Shown here: positions 1-13,976 of the stretch, in pieces
Position numbering within the stretch: position 1 is the stretch's first letter
Layout: every line of letters starts with the position of its first letter
Source: Eledone cirrhosa
Lineage: Eukaryota
Length of the DNA: 64,000 bases
Direction: 5' to 3'
NCBI GenBank assembly: GCA_964016885.1
Contig: OZ024742.1
Location: 126,418,001-126,482,000 of the forward strand
Translations under genes and position numbers: made by a program
The notes under the pieces: model-generated
The model's input: only the letters and a program-made list of their open reading frames with translations
Databases searched by the model: none
Told to the model about the DNA's origin: nothing

Positions 1-205
1 CCTTTTACATTATGCATATGTGTGCGTGTGAGTGTGTATCATTTTAAATGTGTCTTAAGGTAAACCTAATGTTTTAGTTGACATTGCAAGGCTTGACAAA
101 TGTATGACAAATTCTTGATGTGATCTCTTTAGCAAACAGAAAAAAAGTGAATGACTCGACGTGGTTTCAAACCTTGTTGGGTTCATATCGCACACACACA
201 CACAC

Positions 206-242
<37 letters not shown>

Positions 243-776
243 TGGTAGTGAATATCCAATGTTTTGATGAAAAGCAAAACTGACCCCATCAGTATTTGAA
301 CTCAGAATATAAAGGGAAGTAACTAAATTTCATAAGGCATTTTGTTCAATGCACTACCGATTTTCCTAATAATAATAATAATAATAATAATCCTTTATTT
401 GCCACAAGGGCAACAAAGATACCACATTACAATAATAATCATAATTAAAGTGAGCAAAGGGCAACAATAAAACTTCTGAAGAGGGTGGGGGGCTTATGAT
501 GGTAATGGTTGTTGTTTCTTTTATTCTTATTATATCTCAATAAACACAATAATAGTAGTAGTAATAGTAATAGTATTCTTAAAGTTCTTGTTGCTAGGAT
601 GGCTGGCTGTTTTTTTTCTGTTTTTTTTATGGGGTGGGGGATGAGGGGTATTGTTATATAGATGGGATCTGGTAGTATAGACACAAACTTTGGGTGACGG
701 TAGGGTCCTGAATTAAAGAAAAGAACAGCAGTGTGGTGAGGTGACCGATCCTTCTTATAGATGTACAGGGAATTTC

Positions 777-817
<41 letters not shown>

Positions 818-1076
818 GTATGGGTGCATGTATGTGTGTGTCTATGTATGTGTGTGTGAGTTTGAATGTGTATGGATGCGTAGCAATTGTAGAATGTTGT
901 AGTAGTAATGGTTGTTGTATTTAAAGGAAGATATAGCCTGGTGGAGGAGCAGAAGTAAGATGTTGAATCCATTGAAAGAAGGAGTGATGTAGAGAGAACA
1001 CTGTTAGCAGATAAATAGATAGATAGATATATAAATCGTTTCTCGAGACATGGTTATTGCAACAAAAAGCCCGTTG

Positions 1077-1472
1077 TACTTTCATAACAATATATATTCA
1101 TATATATTGCACATTGACATCAAAAACTATACACATGTGTGTGTATGTATACATACATATACTTACATATATATATATATACATACATATAAACATTTCT
1201 ATATATATATATATATACATACATATATACATATAAATATGACAACATACTTTCATAACAATATATATTCATATATATTGCACATTGACATCAAAAACTA
1301 TACATATGTGTGTGTATGTATGTATACATACATATATATATACATATATATATATATACATGCATATACATATATATATATATGTACATACATATACATA
1401 TATATATATACATATACATATATATATATATAAACATTTATATATATATACATACATATAAATATGACAACA
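1077..1472. repeat. Tandem duplication of a ~170-220-bp segment
   Basis: tactttcataacaatatatattcatatatattgcacattgacatcaaaaactatac occurs at 1078 and 1248, each followed by (TA/CA) repeats and aaatatgacaaca. Confidence 0.85.
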
Positions 1473-4400
1473 TTTTGTAAATAAACATGTTTAGAAATAT
1501 AGAGAATCTTGTGCAGAAAAATAGCTATGAACACAACTTAGAAAATCAGACAGAAAAAGTCGCCAAGCATATTTTACAGAGAATCAAACTCAGTAACAGC
1601 TGCTGGCTACTTTTTCTATCTATAGAGGTATTTTACCCAATTTTCTAAGCTGTGTTTTCATAACCATTTTCCTGCATTCAAGATTTTCTACATTTCTCAA
1701 CATATATGTAATTTATATATATATATAAAATACAAATATAGTAACAAAAAAAAAAATAATAAAACATTCCACATTTTAATGATAATTATCAGTAATAATA
1801 ATAATATTAGTAATAATAATAATTGTAATAACCAAAATATTCATGATAATGATGACATATATATATATATATTTGAGCTTTTTCCTGATTTTGTCTTGTA
1901 TAATGTTTTCACTGATATAATTACTATATTTCCACTCCAATTTTAAACAAGTGGAAATATGTGTTTGGATGTGAATTTCACCTTTCTCTTTCACATTTAT
2001 ATTATTATTATTATTTGTTATGATTATTATTAATAATAATTATAATAATGATAACGAGGTTTCTCTTTTTATCATAATCAGCATCATCATCAAAATCATC
2101 AATGGTATATGATGTTATCTGCATCATAAAGATAGATTCTCATTATCATCATTTAGATTTATTTTGATTTCTGCAAATATGATTGTGTATGTGTGTGTGT
2201 GTAGGTGTGCATGTGTATGTGTGTGTGTAGGTGTGCATGTGTATGTGTGTGTGTATGGAATAGCTGTCATAAGTGATAAAATATTTAAAGATCTTGATTT
2301 TAATTTTTTTTTTTAATTTTTCATTTTACACAGGAAATCACTAAAAGAACAACAATTGACTGAGGAGATGTCTTGCCCCCAGAGAAATGAAGAGATAGAA
2401 GGTAGGGTGGGATACTCCATGACAGAGAGAGAGAGAGAGAGAGAGAAGAATGTGTGGAAGAGAAAGAGTGAGAGAAGTGAATTGGAAAGAGATTGGTTAG
2501 GAAGATAAAAACAACAATAATACTGAGGCAGAAAACTTAAAATTTAGTTGGTTATATCAAGCTTAGTACATGACTGGTACTTTATTTTATTGACCCCACC
2601 CCCTCCTCGTTCCTGGAGAGATGAAAGGGAAAATTGACTTAACTGGAATTTGAACTCAGAACATAAAGAACTAAGTAAATACAAGATATTTTATCCAACT
2701 CTTTAACAATTCTTCTAATCCACTGCTCTAACTCTACTCTTAATAATAATAATAATAATAGTTTTAAGGTATTTGAATTGATGCCCAGAATATAACTGGT
2801 ATGTATCATATCAGACCCAGAGGAATAAGTACTGAAGTTGAATTTGGTGGGATTGAAACAGAGCATGAAGAAAAAAAAACTAATGCAAGGTTTTTAGACC
2901 TCACTTTGCCATTTCTGAGCACTTTTTAATACATGTTTTATAAATAAGCAAGAAGCCCCAGATGTTCAAAGGTAATGAGAATTTGTGGAATTCATGCATT
3001 TCACAATATTACAGAAAGTCTTGTTATGCTGTTAAATCAATATTGATGACATCAACAACTTTCCTTTCACTAAAGTAAGAATATCAGCAACAACATTGTA
3101 TGGGTTTGCATGTGTGTGTTTTATGTATTCATGTCTAATAATGCACATGTTGCAAACATGGCCACAATATATTTCATGGTATGAATTTGTAAACATGCAG
3201 TATAATCTATATACACACATTTACAGATGTCGACATGTAAATATATTTCTGTATGTAAGAAAAGTGTATGTGAGAATGTACACAGGAAAAGGTTTAAAAA
3301 CAAAAGATAGTAGATAGAAGGCTGCCAAGAGTATTTGAGGGAGTTACATATATAAGAGATATAGTCTCAATGGAGAGCCTGTCTGTTTCAACTTGTTCTC
3401 AAGTCTCATCAGAGAGTTGAGAACATCAAGTTCAAATGGACAGTCTCTTCATTAGGATTATACCTTTTCACAGAAACTCAACTTGCATTGAGTACTACTC
3501 TGATCTGTGATCGTCTGTCTTCAAACACTTCACTATATATATATATATTTTGATGTGTATATGAAAACATATAAACATATATAATATGTTTATATACAAT
3601 AATCCTATGGGTAGCCTCTCTGCCAAAGAAAAATGTCTTTGTAACAAAAACATTTTTTATTCTCTATTTCCCTCTGAATATATATAGTCACTATTTCAAA
3701 TAAATTGAGATTATCTCCCCCTTTCTTTGAGAGTTGCTAACGATTGCAAGTAAGATATTGTTTTTCTTCAACTAAGAGGCAAATTTCAACTAATTGAAAA
3801 TGTCTATTGTGTTCAGCATTCAGTACATGGCCCTTAAATTATACATAAAATTAATAAAATATGATAAAATGTTACCTCTTCATATACCTTTACTTTCCTA
3901 TCTCAAATTCATGGGTTGAGAAACTCTACCCCCCAAACAGGTAAAGTAACAGTCATAGAAAAATGGAGATAGATAAATGATTATTTTTTATTTAATAGCT
4001 TAATAAGAAGAGTATTAAAGACTCTTTTCAGGGCATCTGAGAATGGTAGATGGAAGGCAAAAATGTTATATTCAGACCAAAGACCTAATCTAGATGCTTG
4101 CAATAGAGTGAGCTGTTAAAAGCAGCCAAGGGCCAAATGATGAGAGAGAGGGAGAGACAGTGTGTATATGTTTAAGAAATAGGTCAATTTTTTCAACAGG
4201 ATACTCTCTCATTCTATTTCTCCCACCCTCATACCATGTAAACATGTTTTATTTGGTAACTATTAACATCTCAATGATTTAGCAGAATTCAAATGTTTAT
4301 TAGCATCTTTACTAATAGATAGATTAATACACATTTTCATAATCTAAGTAGAGACTTTAATGTGATGTAGTCACAGTGGTGTTTTGTACTTTCTAAAAAT

Positions 4401-5655
4401 ATCTTGTTAATGCAGTTGCATGCAATACAGGAGGTTAAGAGCTAATGTTTTTGTTTGTTGTTGTTGTCCTTATATCTTGCTTCCATTTGTATCTTATTAT
4501 TGTGACCATTATTATGTACTATCTTTTTTTATATTGTATCAGAACCGTTTCAATAATGGCTTTTCTCACATTGCATATAAAATTGTGATTATTTCCTCTC
4601 ATTTTTGTTATTATTATTACTATTATTATTATGTACTTTCTAAAAAAAAAAACAAAAAATAGGGTTTCTTTTATTATTTATCTATTTTATTATCCACTTA
4701 CATAATATTTGTTTGAAAATAAAAAAAAACGAAACATTTTGATAATAATGATAAAAAAAAAAGGTATTTTTTATTCATACATACATATATTTAATTGTTT
4801 CATAAGCTTTTTTTATTTTGTAAGGTTAGGGGGAGTTAATTCAATTCTTTTATTATTATTATATTATTATTAATAATAATCTTTTCTCCTTCAGGTCAAC
4901 AGAGTAGTCACAACCAAAAAAATTGCACAGCGTTCAGAAAAAAAGCTAACTGCAAACACTGCAGCTTTCAATACAATATTTGACACATTGTAGCTGCAGT
5001 CTATGGCTTTAAAACTGAACAAAATTCTTTTAAAAAAAAACAAAAACAAAAAAAAAACATAATTTTTTAAAAAGATTGTTTAAAAAAAGTGGCTGCAGAA
5101 AGGGAGACAATCAGAAAACAATGCGTTTCAAAAGGTGAGATAGGAAGAAAAAAAAAAATATATGTATATATATATATATATTGGAAAAAGAGGGGATCAG
5201 GGGAGGGGGTGTCCTTAAAGAATGTTTAAATCTGCACATTGTTTTTATAATTTTTTCCAATTTCTTTCTATTCTTTAAAAAAATAAAGAACAGAAAAAAA
5301 ACAACAACCCTAAACACCTATTTATATGTATGTGTGTGTATGTGTGTATATATATATATATATATCTATATCTATATATACATATAGTAAGATGTGCGCT
5401 AGCAGCCGAAGTGTATGATAGTTATGTCTGTATAAATACAGAGTGTGTAACCGAGACTGCAGCAATGTGTATAAATATATACACATATCTAATATGTAGG
5501 CGTGTAAACATGCCAGAAAATACAAATTTCCCTGTAAATTGAAAAAAAAAAAAAATTATAAACAACTTTAATCAATTTTTGGATCTTATTAAAACCTCAT
5601 CTGAAGACGTGTTTATCATCCAATCAACCTCAAGGAAACATGTATTTGATGGGTA

Positions 5656-5732
<77 letters not shown>

Positions 5733-6139
5733 AGTGCATGTATGTATATTCGATAAATGGATAGTTAGCTGCTTTGCTTTGTAGAGCATGTAATATTATG
5801 AACATGACTAAGTATTAAATTGTTTTCACAAATTAATTTTTCCAGTTTGTGGCTCGTTTATTCAAATTGCTTGTTTGTTAATTAGTAAGTTGTGCTTTTT
5901 AATTAACTTTATCTTAACATATATTGATTGTATGTAAATAATTGCCACCAAATTTTTTATTTCAATTTTATATTGGACATTATTTACACACATACATATT
6001 AGGTAGAAAGAAAGTTAGACACAATTGTTTGATGAGAATGTTTAACCAACCAAACAACAAAATCTTCGATAAGCTGGAAAAACTTGATGGAAAACTTTCT
6101 AAAAATTATATCATAGTCATGTTTTAATACATTTTATAC

Positions 6140-6179
<40 letters not shown>

Positions 6180-6543
6180 ATATATATGCATTCACATATA
6201 TAAGTTAAACACACACAAATATATATATATACATACACACACACACACTCATACACTGATACATACACATAGATAGATAGGTAGATATAATAATTATAAT
6301 AATAATATTAATTATAATTGTTAATGATTTTTCATTCCTTTAACCATTATTTTTTAAATTTTTTATTTATCATTTCATTTATTTATTTTTCTTTCTTGTC
6401 TCATCTTTGTTTCTAGTTTTTTATTTATTTATTCATTGATTGACATTTTTCTGTTTTTGTTTTGTTCTTTTTTTTTCCATTTCTCTCTTCTCTTCTTCTC
6501 TGTCATTTAATGCAAATGATGGTAAAGTGAGTTGTCAGCCAGC

Positions 6544-6672
6544 TCACATGTTGGTGTCTAGTATCGAATGCTTGGAGTTTCGTACATCCTCCGTCTCGTA
6601 GGCGTTGTACGTGGCGAATCTAGAATCCTTCAAGTGTGTGTAATTGGCACTGACCGCAATCAAAAAGTGAAT
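6544..6672 (-). CDS. M6: M6/PLP family last coding exon
   Basis: ttctttcag|ATT CAC...ATG TGA; IHFLIAVSANYTHLKDSRFATYNAYETEDVRNSKHSILDTNM*, comparable to PLP 'LTFMIAATYNFAVLK'. The 3'UTR continues toward lower coordinates; its end was not determined. Confidence 0.88.
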   Translation of the reverse strand: MHFLIAVSANYTHLKDSRFATYNAYETEDVRNSKHSILDTNM

Positions 6673-7289
6673 CTGAAAGAATAGAAATGAAAATATAACA
6701 ACAAAAATAATAATTGTATCAGAGGAACAGTAAATAAACAAGTTTAAAATGCCCTGTACATGCTGTGTATCAGGGTGGTGCTCCTATGACTCCAGGTACA
6801 ATGCGAGAAAATCTGGGTATAAGAGGAATTATCATATATACTTGTATATAAGCCAAGAAATTGGTGACTCCCACCAAAAAAAAGGTTGATTGTAAATCAG
6901 GGTGGACTTATATACGAAGTTAATATTTTGCTGATTTTAACCAACCTCAAAATACTTTGTAAATGAGGTGCTAAAATATTTTCACTTTAGAGGTGAATGT
7001 TACACCGATTTCATTTTGGAAGTGAAATTCATATTTCCTATAGTTTCATATGTTTTGAATGAGTATGGCCTTGAAAACAGTCGGAAATTGGAGTTGTGAA
7101 ACAAAACTATACTCTAGATGATACTTAAAACATTTTAAATAACAAAATATTAAAACTTCATAAATATATTCTCCTCTCATGAGAATTTCAAAACTGAACT
7201 AATCTAAACAATGTGTTGATTACTTGCTTCAACTTATAAACAGTGTTTGGATTTTTGAATATATCTCAGACATAAGATATGTGTATCTA

Positions 7290-7615
7290 TTTGAGTATCT
7301 ACGGTAGCTGAAGTGTGCAAAAAAGATTATTGCACTGATATTTACATGTAGACTTTATTGAATGACGATCATTGGGTGAAGAAGTGCCAGGTGATCAAAA
7401 TGGAAGGAAATATGGTAGAAGTAGATTGAGGAAAATCTGGAAAGAAGTGATGAAAACTGACCTCAAGATACTGAACCTCACAAAGAAGATGTCAAAAGAA
7501 AGAGATGAGTGGGGGGATGCTGTACCGAAGAGAACTCATATAACCACCCATGGAAGGATAGAAAAGTAGGAGGGATGCTGTACTGGAGAAGACTCATTTA
7601 ACCCATGGAAGCATC
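7290..7615 (+). mobile_element. RTE LINE 3' end fragment
   Basis: GRSRLRKIWKEVMKTDLKILNL...ERDEW matches the RTE C-terminal 'RGRPRKTW...DL...DR..W' pattern. Confidence 0.65.
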
Positions 7616-8845
7616 TTTTTTGACAGGTTCTTCCTGAGGCCAGCCCATACCTTATTTTAAATATGATATGATAGTTAGGACCATGCACTCCTGTCAACAG
7701 AGCATTTAGATAGATATTACACTACATTTCAAGGCTTAACATATTCCTTGGCAGACCCATCCCATGCTTAATCAGGTATATGAAAAAATACCAGAAGTAA
7801 ATACACGATTGATTCAATGTCATACAAGGTTTGCTGGTCACTGCTTTTATGCAAAAGATGAGATGGTTCAGACCTCCTGTTGTTGGAGATCTCTGCCAGA
7901 AAGCTCAGTTACCAGGATACCATAGAAAGAGACACTAGAATTGATTGATAAGGATGACCTAAAAACATTGATGGGAAATAGAGACTGTTGGCGTGAAGTT
8001 GTGTTTGCCGTCTCACCTAAGGGTGATGGATAAGGATGCTGTACTGGAGAGAACTCATTTAACCTATGGAAATATGGAAAAGTGGGAGGGCTGCTGTACT
8101 GAAGAGGACTCTTAATCCATGAAAGGATGGAAAAGTGAACATACAAATGATGATGATAATGTTTTCTAATTTATGCACAAGGCCAGCAATTTGGGGTCAG
8201 GGAAAGGGAAAAGTCAATTAAATTGACTCATGTACTTTATTTTATCAATGCTAGAAGGATGAAAAGCAAAGTTGACCTCAAGGGTCGGAACAAATATTGC
8301 TAAGCATTGACTGCCTATCAATATCCTTTAAATGGTTTCTAATTTAGGAACAAGGCCAGCAATTAGAGGGAAAGGGAAAGCAGGTTATATTACTTGACTT
8401 ATATTTTATTTTATTCAGCTTAAAAGGATAAAAGACAATGTTGACCTCAGCAGGATTTAAACTGAGAATGTAAAGAGCCAGAAATGATGATGATAATAAA
8501 AATAATATATATATCATCATCATCACATCCACTTTTCCATGCTTGTATGGGTTTTATATGTATCATCATCATTACTGTTTTACGTCCATTTTTCCACATT
8601 AGCATGGCTTAGATGGGTTGTCCTGTTGTGGCCAATGCCAGGTCAGGTGACGATGTCTTGCTCATACAGAACTGATTTTGGCTTGATTTCTACAGCTGGA
8701 TGCCCTTCCTAACACCAACCTTATTTACAGTGAGTACTGGGTGCTTTTTTACCATGGCGCCTACACGACCACTTTACATTGGGAAGGGGGAGGGGAGCAT
8801 ACTGTCCATATGCTCCAGCTTGTATCTGTGGGAAGTTGGGTCTAC

Positions 8846-8921
<76 letters not shown>

Positions 8922-9112
8922 CATATATACACACACAATTGTTTCTGCATTTGGCACTAGGCCAGCAATTTGAAGAGAGGGGAAAGTCAATTAGATCAGC
9001 CTGGTGCATTACTGTTAGTTTATTTTATAAGGATGAAAGGCAAAGTTAACTTTGGCAGGATTTGAGCTCAGAATGTAAAGAGCCAGATATGATAATAATT
9101 ATAAAAAATAAT

Positions 9113-9640
9113 AGGCAGAAGCTTAGCTAAGGTATGGCAAGCATGGTACGTGCTATGGTGCCACTTGGACTAGGTGCACTTTCTATTAATGTCAGATAAG
9201 ATATTGTCAGAGAGTGAAAAAAAGAAAGTTCTTCAGATGTATGATTTGTCTTTGATTATGATGGGTAAGAAGCACTATAGTCGCTGGATCATTTATATAA
9301 ATTATTAGGCTGAAAAAAACTAACTTTGACCACACCATAGACAAATTTGCATCAGTAAAAGCAAGGAAGATGCAGTTGTAATTTTTATGTATTGTTTTCA
9401 ATTAACACATCAACAAACATGATTGTATTGTTGAACTGATTTTATGATTATCTGAAAGATGTGCGTCAAATGTTTTGCCATAGGCACTATTTTACCTAGA
9501 TATGCCTCTGCTCTTAGTACACCAAAAAGACTTGATGAATTCTCTGCTGGGGCCATTTTTGTATTGGCATTGCTGACATATTTACCAGCTTTCCTCATAC
9601 AATTATTGGATAGATTTGCAGAAATGGTGAGTATTATGAA
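9113..9640 (-). mobile_element. Possible highly decayed hAT transposon end
   Basis: hAT-like terminal sequence near 9113-9180, and APAENSSS..VLRAEAYLG..HLTHI loosely resembles the hAT dimerisation motif (AERSFS.L...K.YLR). Weak. Confidence 0.3.
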
Positions 9641-9649
9641 CATTTTTCT

Positions 9650-9885
9650 CTGCCAATGGTATGTAATGTCATCTCTCCTGTTAATTATCTACATGAACAG
9701 GATTGACATGCGTAGTTGGGTTGGAAGTGGTATCATGACTGGCGGACGTAAAATCAGTTGACTAGAATTTGCAGACATGGTTTTACTTAACTCGACAGAA
9801 GGTGATCTCCGACTTGCACTTGATAGGCTTGATGCCGAGTGCTGCATGGCTGGAATGAAAATTAATGCTGCTACTTCTCCAAATT
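9650..9885 (+). mobile_element. RTE-clade LINE reverse transcriptase fragment
   Basis: LLIIYMNRI...KIS*LEFADMVLLNSTEGDLRLALDRLDAECCMAGMKIN (the FADD region, decayed). Confidence 0.75.
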
Positions 9886-10521
9886 GAGAGATCACAGCTC
9901 TGATACTAAAGGCATGGGATTAGAATGTCCCAGGAAAGAACTGCTGGACAGATTTTATAGGCAAAACCAAACAGCAAGAGACCCAGGTGTTGACCCCGAG
10001 CAAGATGGTTGAATAACATCCATGAGCTTGGCTGGTCTCACTTGGGGATCCAGCCGGATCAGTTGGAGATGGTTGTTTCTGACAGAACCTACTGGAAGGA
10101 GTGCTTCAGTGCTCTGCTTCCACGACTCTCTCAGGAATAAGTGGCAGAATAAAAATAAGAATGCTCTACACAAATCCACAAATGCAAAACCTTGAGCACA
10201 TCATCAGTGTTGTATCTTGAATTTACTGGGTGTTTGGAATCTTATAACATAAACCCTCATCCAGGTGACCTAACCAAGGTTGATTAACCCTCAGCCTGTG
10301 CCCAAGTGCTATACACACTACTGACCTCACTGGTCACTTCTCTTCAGCCATAGTCATCTAAATTCCCCGTTTGTTGCTTTCACATTGCTAAGGGGATGAA
10401 ATTAGAACTTTCAGCTGCTAACTTCCACTGGCATGCACCTGGTCCTCCACCCTTTCCTGTGGCAGTCCTACACCAACTCCTGGTATGAAAATGTTTAAAT
10501 TAAAAACTATGGGGTACTTAC

Positions 10522-10587
10522 CATGCTGATAGTCACCAGCACCGCTGATACATAGGTAAAGATATAGCAAGTGAACAGCTCTTTACC
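10522..10587 (-). CDS. M6: M6/PLP family exon (TM4)
   Basis: caattttcag|GGT AAA...AGC ATG|gtaagt; GKELFTCYIFTYVSAVLVTISM. 66 nt, phase 0 to 0. Confidence 0.85.
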
Positions 10588-10988
10588 CTGAAAATTGAAT
10601 AAAAATGGATAAAGGAACAATATAATAATTCATAGCTGAAAGGGTCCCCTTTCTTTTTATTATACAAAAAAATATTCAAATATATAGAAGTGTAAACAAC
10701 TGATCGATTTATGTAGCAGAGGGAAAATTTTAAATGTGATAAATGTGCGGCCCAATGTGAATGACCATAATAATAGTCAATCATAGTTAAGAAAATCAGG
10801 TAAAATACTCCTGGAGATAGATAAAATCAGACAGATGTTTTTGAGTTCCTCTGTTCACTTTCGTCTCATTGTCTCATGATCTGATTTTCTCAACTTTTAT
10901 AGTGATCAACTATTATTGTGGTCATTCATGTTAGGATGCATGTATCCCAAATTTAAATAAATGATTTTTGAAAGAAAACTTTGCTTAC

Positions 10989-11038
10989 ATCTTTCAGGAA
11001 CATCTCCAGATCTGGGTCACAAACCATTTTGTTGAGAC
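10989..11038 (-). CDS. M6: M6/PLP family exon (extracellular loop 2)
   Basis: ttcctttcag|GT CTC AAC...AAA GAT|gtaag; (G)LNKMVCDPDLEMFLKD, comparable to PLP 'GKVCGSNLLSICK'. 50 nt, phase 1 to 0, which joins both neighbouring exons in frame. Confidence 0.85.
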
Positions 11039-11647
11039 CTGAAAGGAAGGGAAAAAATTAAAAAGAGGGAAAAGGATAGTTAAAGGATAATTAATATTAA
11101 ATGGTATTTGATTGTTTAGACATGATACTGGACAAAATTAGATTTTATGCAGTAAGTTTACATTTTGTGTCATATCCTATATGTGCTTACATGGTAAATG
11201 ATGTTTAAAAGACAAACATTCATACATTGTTAAAAATAGCCATTACAAATGCTTCTCAGACTCATAGAATATCAAACACTGGGTCAAGGTACATGCCTTA
11301 AAGATTTACGCCCTTTTAAAATTTCCTTAAAATAAACTGATACTAAATAAATTAAATTGCTAGTATTAATAGTAGTATTAGCATTAGTAGTAGTGGTTGA
11401 GGTGGTAATAGTAGTAGTATAATGTTTTAGGCTGTTGCCCTTCATCAAAATGTAGAAGACAACAAAGGATTTGTTATTCTGGGCAGTGGTACATGAAACA
11501 GATGGCAACCAGAAATGATAAGAATGTGCTAAAACTGGATTCTGACATAAGTAGGGTAGTGGAGAGTTCAATACAAGAAAATACAATGACACTATATAGC
11601 CAGCTGTTGGGATGGGCAACACAAACTAAACAAGAACAAACTCACAG

Positions 11648-12018
11648 GCACATGGCTTAATGGTTAGAGCATTGGCCTTGCAATCGAAAGGTTGGGAGTT
11701 CAATTCTCAGACCGGGTGATGTGTTGTTTCCTTGAGCAAGACACTTTATTTCACATTGCTCCAGCTGTAGAAATGAGATGATAGGACTAGGGTCCCTATC
11801 ATTCCACTGCAAAAGTGGTCGTGGAAGTGCCACGGCAAAAAAGCACCCAGCCCACACTGTAAAGTGGACATGTAGGCGCCACGGAAAAAAAAGCACCCAG
11901 CACTCACTGTAAATGAGGTTGGTGTTAGGAAGGGCATCCAGCTGTAGAAATCAAGCCAGAATCAGTTCCTGTCCCACCCTTGCAAGCAGGGAAAAGCAGA
12001 CGTAAAATGAAATGAATG
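11648..12018 (+). mobile_element. tRNA-derived SINE family B with RTE-like tail
   Basis: Head TGGCTTAATGGTTAGAGC...GAGTTCAATTCTC, central ccttgagcaagacactttatttcacattgctccag, tail ggtgttaggaagggcatccagctgtagaaa...gcagacgtaaaatgaaatga. Partial copies at ~8568, 32318, 39100 and 47160. Confidence 0.85.
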
Positions 12019-12648
12019 ATAGTCAAAGTGGCAGATGCAAAGATATAAATATACACACACTTGTCAATGTACATGGAAAACAGAACTTGTCTTCTATTAT
12101 AATTCCATGTGATTCAAAAATTGGATCAATTGGAGCCGGTTGCTTTTGACAGGACTGCCAGAAGGAGTGTTTGAGACTCTTCCCCCATGACCCTCTCAGG
12201 AATAAGTGAATGAAAAAGAAGAGAAGACACTATGTGTAGCCCAGTTTTTACAATAGGTACACCATATTCCTGAGTGTCATAAAAGCTGATTAAAGGAGTT
12301 AGCATCAGGAAAGGCAACCAATACTGTTCTCAAAAGGTCCCATTTAACCCATAGCAATATGGAAAAGCAGTCAGAAAAGCCATGATTATGATGATAGATA
12401 TAGGAATAAAAATTGATTTCAATACTTGACTGGTATTATATTAACGACTGCCAGAATCACGAAATGCAAAGTTGACCTCAGCATTATTTGAACTCAGAGT
12501 CATAACTAAATACAACTAGTATTTAGACTGATGCTTTCATGATTCTGCCAATCTCTCACCAATTGGTGGAGTTGCAGAAGCAGTAGAGTGACAGAGTAAA
12601 TATCTTGTGTAAATAAGCATCTCTTCATGCTTTGTCTTACACATTTAA

Positions 12649-12856
12649 CCCTTTAGCATTTAAACCGGCTGTATCCGGCCAGAATTTTCTCACATCTCTC
12701 TGTTCAAACCAGCCATAACTGGCTACTCATACTGATGTTAATGTATTGATCTCAAAATAAATAACATCAAAATCTCGTAGATTCGATATTATGCGAGATA
12801 AAGCCTTTAACACAAAAATACAAAAGTATATATAGAGTAATGTAAATGCTAAAGGG
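12649..12856. mobile_element. piggyBac-type MITE
   Basis: 14-bp TIRs CCCTTTAGCATTTA / TAAATGCTAAAGGG with TTAA on both sides (12645-48, 12857-60). Confidence 0.8.
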
Positions 12857-13976
12857 TTAAGCTGTCATTTGTTCAGGGTCAATAAAACATTGGACACTCC
12901 ACTAAAAACTACTGAAGGTTTAGTTGGTGGTGATAAAGTAGGAAATACCACCCAAGTAGACTATGCTAGGATTTGAACTCACAACACAAAGAACCAAAAC
13001 AAATGGTGCAAGGCATCTCATCTGACATTTTAACAATTATGACAATCCACTACCTTGCACTGGTGAAGTGAAGGAATGATCGACAAGATCCTAGACCTCA
13101 TTTGCTTATAAAATGAGATGGAACTCATTGGACCAAGGAAACAAAGTTTCCATTGGTCTTTCCATTGCTGATACTATCTACCAGTTACAACTCCTGGTAG
13201 AAGGAAATAAGTAAAATAAAGTGTTTTGCCGAAGGACATAACACATTGCCTGCTCTGGGAATAGAATTTTCAACCTCACAATTGCGAATCCAATTCTCTA
13301 ATCACTAAGCCACACTGAAATTGAAAGGATGAAAAATATATCTGACTTTGGTATGGTTTGAACAGAGTTAGAGAGACAAAAATGATGGTTTTTAACTTCC
13401 TCTTGAGTCATCCCTCAATTGAAGATGAAGATTTTGCTTTTTCTGATGGCTAGAATATATGCAGCTCACTATGCCAACTGGAGCAGTTGTGCCAACCCAT
13501 TGTTGAATTAATAGTGGATCATCTGTGAAGCCACTGGTGTTTACGGCACCGAGGTTATCTAATTAAACTGATGGTTGTCGCACAAACTACTGCTTACTAC
13601 GAGACAAGCAGGATTATTATTGAGGCTTGCTCCTCTAAATCTGACCTGTTCTGCGAAGCTATCACATGGCAGCTGTATCGTGTAGGATGTGGCTCTTCCC
13701 TACATAGAAAATCAACAATTATTTCAGAAACTAAAATACTAAATTATTGAAAACTAAGTTGTGCAATTATGCAAATAAAGAAAGTGCCATGAGGACTGTA
13801 TCAACTGCGCTAATGCTGATGTTGTGATAAAATGTACTCAGAAGTGTGTGGGAACAAATGTATATATGATGCAGGATTATATATAAGTGAGATGAGGGCC
13901 CTTCTAGCTATTGTTCACTAATGACAGTCTGAAGAGTGAAGACCAGGCCAACCTTAGCTAGCAGGGAAAGCAAATG

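Noticed and set aside
2334-2401. Plus-strand exon-like segment with a strong acceptor (another acceptor-like site at 4894)
   Set aside because: Stops in all frames and no partner exons; an antisense lncRNA cannot be supported without transcripts.
5600-5660. Isolated CTGAAGA...GAAAC, and similar partial motifs near 34240, 48200, 56790 and 59610
   Set aside because: Stems I-III cannot be formed convincingly; possibly very old remnants but not supportable.
11648-11725. tRNA-like sequences at SINE heads
   Set aside because: A/B boxes are present but there is no complete cloverleaf, and they continue into SINE bodies.
13646-13699. 54-nt AG...GT bounded segment on the minus strand, first considered as the missing loop exon
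   Set aside because: In the required phase it gives a TGA stop, whereas 10989-11038 fits phase and homology. It could only be a poison exon, and there is no evidence for that.
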